Shown one piece after another: positions 57,559-64,000 of a stretch of 64,000 bases of DNA. The stretch is from Candidatus Latescibacterota bacterium (lineage in GTDB: Bacteria; Latescibacterota; UBA2968; GCA-2709665), in contig OZ252100.1 in NCBI GenBank assembly GCA_965248435.1, forward strand, positions 1,664,001 through 1,728,000, given 5' to 3'. Each line of letters begins with the position of its first letter. The first letter of the stretch is position 1. The translations under genes and the position numbers were made by a program. The notes beneath the pieces are model-generated. The model was not told where the DNA came from. It did not search any database and saw nothing but the letters and a program-made list of their open reading frames with translations.

Positions 57559-59494
57559 ATCCGACTCGGAAAACAAGGAATTACACCAAAGCCCTTGTTT
57601 AATCCTTACCGACGGTTACAGCATTGATCGCCTCGTGAAACTCGTCTCATCCTTGCCGATTGAGCGATGGATCTACCTCGGACACAATGCCATCACTCGA
57701 TTACATCTGGAGAAAGCTTTCGGCGGCGGGATTCCCAGAACCTCAATCGTCGAGACGATGGACAAGATAACAAAAAGGCTAAAGCCTGAATTCCTGAACC
57801 TGATAGGAAAGCTCGCACTTCGGAATTCATCCCCCTTGTGGTGGAGCACGAAGCTGGCCGCAAAGGATCCGCACCATTCCGCACTCTTTCCTGAGATCTG
57901 TCTAATGAGCCTGGGAAAGAACCTGCTGCGGCAATCTAAAGGTCGTCCCTCCGCGATCCTGGTGGAGAACCCTACAGTCTGGGAGTCGCTGAAAGATTTC
58001 GCAGAAGAAGCAAATGTTCCCGTTCGGAATTATTCTTCTGCAAGGAGTCGCTGGCGGAGGCCATTGGTACGATGTCTAAGAGGTGTAAGGCGACATCTCT
58101 GGATGTGGCGCCAGATCCGATCCAGGCAGCGCGAACTGATCAGACGTGGCCTGAGGACAATTCCCGCGTTCTCGGGTGAGAGAACGGCACTCCTTTTCAC
58201 GTGGGTTGACCATAGGAACTTCACGGATTCAGGTGAGTATCAAGACCCACACTTTGGCCCGCTTCCGAACCACCTGCAAAAGCGTGGATATCGGCTGGTC
58301 TACGTTGCACGACTGCTCAATTCTGTTGAGTTCGGTCCCACATTAGACCGACTTCAACAAACCGGGGAGTCATTCATCTATCCGGAAGCAGCCCTAGGAA
58401 AAGCTCAAATCCTGCGCACTATGTGGCAGGCGCTCAGATATCGCCCCACGCTGCCAGATCCAATCTCCCTTGACGGAATGGAAGTCACAGACCTGGTTCG
58501 GCAGCACGTGCGTGACGAGTGGGAGACGACCTCTCACGCGACAGCAATGACATCTTACTATGCAATGCAGATTCTCGCTGATCTTGGTGTTCAACCCGAG
58601 ACTATCTTCTACACGCACGAAGGCCACAACTGGAGTCACGCCATGGGGCTGGGCGTAAAGAGCTTTATGCCCAACACCCATATCACGGCGTTCGTGAACC
58701 TTATATCTGCTCCGATGCTGCTCTCGCTCCACGCGTCTCGAGACGAACTCAGCTGTATGCCCCTCGCGGAAAAGTACGTCACTCACGGTCCCCATTCAGC
58801 CCAAGAGTTGAAACAGGAGGGATACCCCAAAAACCGAGTCCTTGATGGAGCCGCAATTCGGCATGACTACATTTGGAAACGTCCCGCAAGGACAACTGCT
58901 CCCGTCTTGGCCGGCAAAGCGCGGGTTCTGATCGTACCCCATATCGACATGGCGGATGCAGTCGAGCTCGTAGTCAAAGCCTCAAAGGCATTTTCTGGCC
59001 TTCCCGACTATGATCTCATCGCAAAGTGTCACCCCGCTGTCCAGACAGAAGCGCTCGTGAGAGAGCTCGATCGGCATCTCGACAGCATCGACATTGAGTT
59101 TTCCGATGCCCCCATAGCAGAACTCCTGCCACAGGTGAATGTACTCTTGTACACATACACTTCTGTCTGCTTTGAAGCGCTTGCGCACGGCGTCCCGCCC
59201 GTATACGTCCATCCCGAAAACTGGCTGTGCATGGATCAACTGAGTGGCTCCCCTGACTGTCGGTGGACGGCTACGAGCCCCGAGGAGCTTCGAAACACCG
59301 TCGCTCAGGTTTTGGATATGTCGGAAGCATCTTGGAAGGTGTGGTACACGCGGGCAAGGCAGGAGCTAGAGACGTATCTACCTCCTGTGACCGAAGATCG
59401 ACTCGACCGTTTCCTCTTCAATCATGGCCAAGCAGATTCCCATTCCTTCACTTCCAAAAGTTCCAAAGCCTTCAGAAAAATAGGAAATTCCTGA
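57539..59494 (+). CDS. Large surface-carbohydrate biosynthesis protein (putative ulosonate GT-B transferase)
   Basis: WWST..A.K, D.HFG, HEG..W, GA.R, KCHP, TSVCFEAL..G.P. Confidence 0.6.
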   Translation: MAKKTSRSDSENKELHQSPCLILTDGYSIDRLVKLVSSLPIERWIYLGHNAITRLHLEKAFGGGIPRTSIVETMDKITKRLKPEFLNLIGKLALRNSSPLWWSTKLAAKDPHHSALFPEICLMSLGKNLLRQSKGRPSAILVENPTVWESLKDFAEEANVPVRNYSSARSRWRRPLVRCLRGVRRHLWMWRQIRSRQRELIRRGLRTIPAFSGERTALLFTWVDHRNFTDSGEYQDPHFGPLPNHLQKRGYRLVYVARLLNSVEFGPTLDRLQQTGESFIYPEAALGKAQILRTMWQALRYRPTLPDPISLDGMEVTDLVRQHVRDEWETTSHATAMTSYYAMQILADLGVQPETIFYTHEGHNWSHAMGLGVKSFMPNTHITAFVNLISAPMLLSLHASRDELSCMPLAEKYVTHGPHSAQELKQEGYPKNRVLDGAAIRHDYIWKRPARTTAPVLAGKARVLIVPHIDMADAVELVVKASKAFSGLPDYDLIAKCHPAVQTEALVRELDRHLDSIDIEFSDAPIAELLPQVNVLLYTYTSVCFEALAHGVPPVYVHPENWLCMDQLSGSPDCRWTATSPEELRNTVAQVLDMSEASWKVWYTRARQELETYLPPVTEDRLDRFLFNHGQADSHSFTSKSSKAFRKIGNS

Positions 59495-59495
59495 C

Positions 59496-60425
59496 GTGAT
59501 CAAACAGACCCTGAGGAGAGGCTGGTACACATTCTTTGCTGCCCACCCATTGAGCTATCCAGCCCGTTTCATTCTTTGGACTATGTCTTCGAAGCATCGG
59601 TCTGAATACCTGGGCGGCTTTCTTTCCGGCAATGAAAAACGGTGGCCCCGGCTGGACAAGATGATCAGGAAAGAGGTATGCAGGCAGTACTACTCCAAAC
59701 CTGATGGAGAAATCAGAAAACTCAACAGAGAAAAGTTCTGGGGAGCGTCAACTGGAAAACAGTGGCACCAGGCCAAAAGAGAGAGTTACAACGATCCGGG
59801 TCGATTCCTTAAGATCAGGGGCATCCTGGTCTCCCAGCTCTCTGAGTTGCTCTCAGAAGATTCTAGCTACGATACAATCATTGAGATAGGCACTGGAAAT
59901 GGAATGTTCATCCAACATCTCTCCAAAAAGTTCCCCGACGTTAAGAACTTCATCGGTATCGATCTTAATGAGGAACAGATCTTAGAAAACAAAGCCACCT
60001 ACAAGGATTCAAATATACACTTCGTTCACGACGAGGTAACGGATTGGGTACGCAAGAATGACATTCAAAACAGCATATTTGTTTCCTGTGGAACGTTTGA
60101 ATACTTTACCCAAACCGAACTTCAGGAGCTCCTTGAATTCATTCAGAACACTTCGCGTCCATCGGCCTTTGCCATTTGCGAGCCTGTTAACATTGACCTG
60201 AGCCGTGAACTGGTTTCGCAGCCTAGAGGAAACATCGCCTTCAGCCACAACTATCCATACCTGTTTAGGTGTCATCACTATGGGGTATTCCGACAAAACG
60301 TTGTACAAATTCGTTCGGATGTCCCCTTCTATAACAATGTGATCATGGTATCGAGATCTCAGTTTGTACCTGAAATGACACGCTCGATTACCCAAAAGCA
60401 GTGTTGCTTGGACGCAACAACATAG
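59496..60425 (+). CDS. Class I SAM-dependent methyltransferase
   Basis: EIGTGNG, IGIDL, SHNY. Confidence 0.72.
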   Translation: MIKQTLRRGWYTFFAAHPLSYPARFILWTMSSKHRSEYLGGFLSGNEKRWPRLDKMIRKEVCRQYYSKPDGEIRKLNREKFWGASTGKQWHQAKRESYNDPGRFLKIRGILVSQLSELLSEDSSYDTIIEIGTGNGMFIQHLSKKFPDVKNFIGIDLNEEQILENKATYKDSNIHFVHDEVTDWVRKNDIQNSIFVSCGTFEYFTQTELQELLEFIQNTSRPSAFAICEPVNIDLSRELVSQPRGNIAFSHNYPYLFRCHHYGVFRQNVVQIRSDVPFYNNVIMVSRSQFVPEMTRSITQKQCCLDATT

Positions 60426-60536
60426 CGGGACCCACATTTCACCTCTGCCTTTTTGGCAGTTAATCCTAGCTGCGATGTCAACTCAAAGTCTTGCCTTTCG
60501 ACCGCATCATAATATCACAAACCCTCTGGAACAACC

Positions 60537-61565
60537 ATGTTAGAATTTTCCCAAAGTAAAAAAGGCAGGGTAGTCTCTATCGTCGTACCTGTTCGCAATG
60601 AGCAAGAAAGTATTCCACAGCTCTATAACCGTGTGCAAGCAGTCATGGAGCAGGATGCGTTGCCGTTCGAACTGATTGTTGTTGATGATGGAAGTACGGA
60701 TCGATCGCTCGAGATCCTGAAGCGGCTTGAAAATCAGGATTCCCGTGTGAGGTACCTGAGTTTCTCCCGAAACTTTGGACATCAGAGTGCGATCCTCGCA
60801 GGCCTGGACCACAGCGTGGGCGATGCTGTGATTTCAATGGATGCCGATCTGCAGCATCCACCAGAGCTAATTCATAGGATGCTTGAGCTGTGGCGTCAGG
60901 GCTACGAGGTGGTCTACACAGTAAAGCGCGAGGACCACTCATTGAATCTTTTCAGGCGGGTGTTACACCGTCTCTTCTACTGGGTACTCAGCAAGTTGTC
61001 GGGGATGAAGCTTTCATTCGGTCAGACCGACTTTCGTTTGATGGATCGAAAGGCCGTGGACGCCATTTGCGGGATGCCGGAACGAAAGAAGTTCCTAAGA
61101 GGTTTGGTGAGCTGGATAGGATTCCGTCAAACTCAGGTCGAGTATGACGTCCCCACTCGATTTGCAGGCGAATCTAAGCTTCTGAGTTTGCGGCACCGAT
61201 TGGGATTTGCATTAGACGGAATTCTGGGCTTTTCAATCGTTCCACTAAGGGTCTTTATCTTCTTCGGTCTGTTCGTATCGAGCACAGCACTCCTTTACGG
61301 CACCTACGTGACAGGTCTTGCCCTACACGACCTGCTCACAGGCCACACAGGTCGCTTCGTGCTAGGCTGGGCAACGGTGGTTGCTGCCATACTGTTTATC
61401 GGCGGTGTGCAGTTGATTGGTCTAGGTGTTCTTGGAGAGTACCTCATTCGTGTCTTTGATGAAACCAAACAGCGCCCCCTCTACCTTGTCCGCCAAAAGT
61501 CGACAGGACTGGATGCATCGTTTCAAAAGACGGAGCAAGAGATCATTTCCACAACACTAAGTTGA
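60537..61565 (+). CDS. GT2 polyprenol-phosphate glycosyltransferase (GtrB/ArnC-like)
   Basis: VVPVRNE, VDDGSTD, SRNFGHQ, MDADLQHPP, DFRLMDR, two C-terminal TM helices, RPLY. Confidence 0.9.
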   Translation: MLEFSQSKKGRVVSIVVPVRNEQESIPQLYNRVQAVMEQDALPFELIVVDDGSTDRSLEILKRLENQDSRVRYLSFSRNFGHQSAILAGLDHSVGDAVISMDADLQHPPELIHRMLELWRQGYEVVYTVKREDHSLNLFRRVLHRLFYWVLSKLSGMKLSFGQTDFRLMDRKAVDAICGMPERKKFLRGLVSWIGFRQTQVEYDVPTRFAGESKLLSLRHRLGFALDGILGFSIVPLRVFIFFGLFVSSTALLYGTYVTGLALHDLLTGHTGRFVLGWATVVAAILFIGGVQLIGLGVLGEYLIRVFDETKQRPLYLVRQKSTGLDASFQKTEQEIISTTLS

Positions 61566-61632
61566 TGTTGGACCGAGACAAGCTACAGGCCAAAGCACTT
61601 ACCCACCTATATCTCCAACAAAATAATTTCTA

Positions 61633-63615
61633 ATGCATCGAATATTCAAGATCTTTCCGTGTTTCAGAAAGTCAAGCCAGGCTTGGAAACTCGAAGCCTT
61701 CACTCGCATTGCGGGAGTTCTGTTTCCGATTGGCGTGGTCTTGGCCTTTTGTTTTCCGCTAGTTCGTACCGGAGCTGACACCCTCTCAATGGTCAGATAT
61801 TTTGACCAGGATGAGTCTGTTCTTGTAGAGTTTGGCATGAGAATGTATGAAAACGGACTGCTCCCGGTTGAGTTTCCCTCGAGCTATCCGAAGTTTTTCT
61901 ACTACGTTTGCGGGATTTTTCTTTATCCATATACGTTTTTCTTTGGGCCAGATGCCCAGGTCATTACCATTACCCTTAGAATCGCAAACGTGCTTGCGAT
62001 GGTCCTAACGGTATTTTTCATCAATCGGATTTGCATAAGGGTATTTCGCTCACCTACTACAGGCATGCTTAGTTCAGTACTTTTTGTCTTTACTCCTGCG
62101 TTTCTTCATTGGGGAATCAACTCCCGCCCCCATCCATTTGAGTTGCTTTTGATCGTTCTGTCCGTGTACTACAGCCTCCTGGCCGTGACCACGAGGGAGG
62201 GAAAAACCCTATGGGTGGCGGTCATTCTTGCTGGCTTGGCGGCGGGTACAAAACTTGGGGGTCTTTTCATTATCCCAATGATTGTTGTTGTCTACGCCCA
62301 CCTGCTTTATGCAGATGACTCAGATGACCGCGTATTGCGCCTGAAGCCCCAAGTTGGAATTGGGAACGCTCTTTCTGCGCTTATGGGAATCCTGGGCTGT
62401 AGCATCCTGGGCATTGTTTTTTATACCATATTCAACGTACAGCGCAGCTCTACCGGAATAACTGTTGCAGAGGAAGTTGGCTGGCAGAGTGCAGCCTTGT
62501 CTTCTCCGTTCAATTTGGGTGTCGCCTCAGGGCTTTTATTAGTAGGCATCGGTACCCTCTTCCTTCTGTTTACCAAAAGCGTAGGGAAGTCGTATGCCAG
62601 CGCATCTATCGCCTCGAGTCGATGCCTGAATCGCAATTCTATTGCTAGTCTCCTTGCCCACAAAGGCGCGATCTTTGGAGCCAAGGTCTCTCTTGTTATA
62701 GCGTTTGTTTTCTTGATTACGAATCCGGATTTTTTGGTCTATCCAAAGGAAAGTATCTGGGTAACCATCAAACGGCTCTATATCTCATCCCACGGCACAG
62801 ACTTTCAGCGAGATCAGAACTATCTCGCCTGGCTTACCTTCTTTCATCGTACAAGTTGCATGGGGCTCGCAGGCGTGGCTATGGTAGGCTTCTACTTCGT
62901 GCTTGAGACGATGCACCTTCGCTCGAAAAACCACAACGCACATTCTCGTGACCTGTTTTGTCGACTGGCGCTTCTTTCCTATCCGGTCACTTTGGTAGGC
63001 TTTCTGAGCCTCGTGATTCAACACAGGCCGAATCATTACTTGTTGCCCGCAATTCTCTTCCTCTTCATTCTTGGTACAGATGCCCTTATCCGAGCGAACT
63101 GGAAAGTCAAGCGGGGGTACAAGCGCAGACTCTACCAGGGTTTGTGCGCATTATTGTTCTTGATTTGTCTTGGGGAAAGACTCCCGGAGTTCATGGAAAA
63201 CAGAGTGCGATTTGCGTCGCGCGACATCGATCCTGCAATTTCCGAGCTTGGCCCCTGGCTGACCTCCTCCTATCCAGATTCCACGGCGATAATGACGGAC
63301 AGCGTCAAAATGTACATTCCTGACTCTTTCATCAATCTCTACTATTGGAAAGGGATATGGAGAGAGTGGGGAAGGATGCCGGGAATCAGTGATGAATCAT
63401 ACCGCGGCATCGCCGAGGTTCCCCCTGCTATATTTATCCGAACGGATTTTGACGGTGTGAATCTGGATGGTGAGATTCCAAAACGTGAATTGGCATACTT
63501 GGAATCCAACTACACCCTCATAAAGAAAATTCCGTACGAACAACAAACACAGGCGTGGTACACCAGGGGTCAAGATATCAAAGTGTATGAGAGGAAACCT
63601 CAACTGTTGCAGTGA
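61633..63615 (+). CDS. Multi-pass GT-C (ArnT/PMT-like) glycosyltransferase
   Basis: DE motif after the first TM helix, YP, LAGLAAGTK, TNP, YLLP; many TM helices. Confidence 0.72.
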   Translation: MHRIFKIFPCFRKSSQAWKLEAFTRIAGVLFPIGVVLAFCFPLVRTGADTLSMVRYFDQDESVLVEFGMRMYENGLLPVEFPSSYPKFFYYVCGIFLYPYTFFFGPDAQVITITLRIANVLAMVLTVFFINRICIRVFRSPTTGMLSSVLFVFTPAFLHWGINSRPHPFELLLIVLSVYYSLLAVTTREGKTLWVAVILAGLAAGTKLGGLFIIPMIVVVYAHLLYADDSDDRVLRLKPQVGIGNALSALMGILGCSILGIVFYTIFNVQRSSTGITVAEEVGWQSAALSSPFNLGVASGLLLVGIGTLFLLFTKSVGKSYASASIASSRCLNRNSIASLLAHKGAIFGAKVSLVIAFVFLITNPDFLVYPKESIWVTIKRLYISSHGTDFQRDQNYLAWLTFFHRTSCMGLAGVAMVGFYFVLETMHLRSKNHNAHSRDLFCRLALLSYPVTLVGFLSLVIQHRPNHYLLPAILFLFILGTDALIRANWKVKRGYKRRLYQGLCALLFLICLGERLPEFMENRVRFASRDIDPAISELGPWLTSSYPDSTAIMTDSVKMYIPDSFINLYYWKGIWREWGRMPGISDESYRGIAEVPPAIFIRTDFDGVNLDGEIPKRELAYLESNYTLIKKIPYEQQTQAWYTRGQDIKVYERKPQLLQ

Positions 63616-63670
63616 GACGCACTCGGACTAAGTCCTCACAACTTGCCCCTTCCGGTATGGAGAATTCCTC

Positions 63671-64000
63671 TTGCTGTTTAACTCCTTCGATTTCGCGCTT
63701 TTCTTCCCAGCAGTTGTTGCGGTCTACTATTCGATCTCGGCCAAGCACCGTTGGGCCTTTCTCCTTCTTGCAAGCTACTACTTCTACGCCTGCTGGAAAC
63801 CGGAGTACGCACTACTTATCCTGTTCTCTACGAGCATCGACTATTTCGCAGCAATTTGCATGGAAAAGAAGGCTCATCGAAGTCAGAGAAGGCCGTATCT
63901 GATTCTCAGCCTGATCGTGAACATTGGGATTCTTTTCGCATTCAAATACTTTAACTTTTTCAGCAATTCCATTTCTGAGTCGCTAAACCGATTCAACATA
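63671..64000 (+). CDS. MBOAT O-acyltransferase (AlgI/DltB-like), 3'-partial
   Basis: My translation from TTG 63671: MLFNSFDFALFFP...LLLASYYFYACW...NIGILFAFKYFNFF; it runs off the window end and is absent from the ORF track. Confidence 0.88.
   Translation, partial: MLFNSFDFALFFPAVVAVYYSISAKHRWAFLLLASYYFYACWKPEYALLILFSTSIDYFAAICMEKKAHRSQRRPYLILSLIVNIGILFAFKYFNFFSNSISESLNRFNI

Noticed and set aside
56737-57576. 279-aa minus-strand ORF and other long antisense ORFs (e.g. 7590-8249, 28563-29156)
   Set aside because: They are shadows of well-supported plus-strand genes and have no protein motifs.
1-64000. CRISPR array, tRNA/rRNA genes, prophage or defence genes
   Set aside because: None recognised by eye. 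Weakly conserved ncRNAs (for example in 38372-38538) cannot be excluded without a covariance-model search.

Overview
This bacterial window has about 10 kb of housekeeping and accessory genes followed by a >53 kb surface-glycan locus (10.9 kb to the window end) whose genes are all on the + strand. The first part holds a beta-propeller fragment, two Zn-dependent dehydrogenases, a TPR protein, malate dehydrogenase, an amidohydrolase, an epimerase, an AP-superfamily enzyme and a hexapeptide acetyltransferase. The glycan locus encodes an ABC flippase, a pseudaminic acid pathway (pseB, frameshifted pseC, pseF, pseG-H fusion, pseI), a legionaminic-type pathway (neuB, IS-split neuC, neuD, CBS-nucleotidyltransferase, legC) and a KdnB/KdnA-like pair. 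It also has three CMP-activating enzymes, four GT-B-like transferases, five methyltransferases, two N-acetyl-sugar amidotransferases beside an amidase, and an ACP-based acyl module (AAC(3)-FkbH fusion, MaoC, SDR-ACP fusion), ending in GT2, GT-C and MBOAT genes. Two apparently identical 1055-bp IS30-family copies in opposite orientation, each with its own 3-bp target duplication, split the AAC(3)-FkbH gene and neuC. The strongest unannotated signal is a regulatory cassette repeated in four intergenic regions: GG(A/C)A-N5-TTCC, then TATAAYAT 68-71 bp later, then a sigma54 -24/-12 box, then a sigma28-like box. Three of the four copies are followed by a C-rich leader. Product calls come from motif recognition only; no database searches were run.
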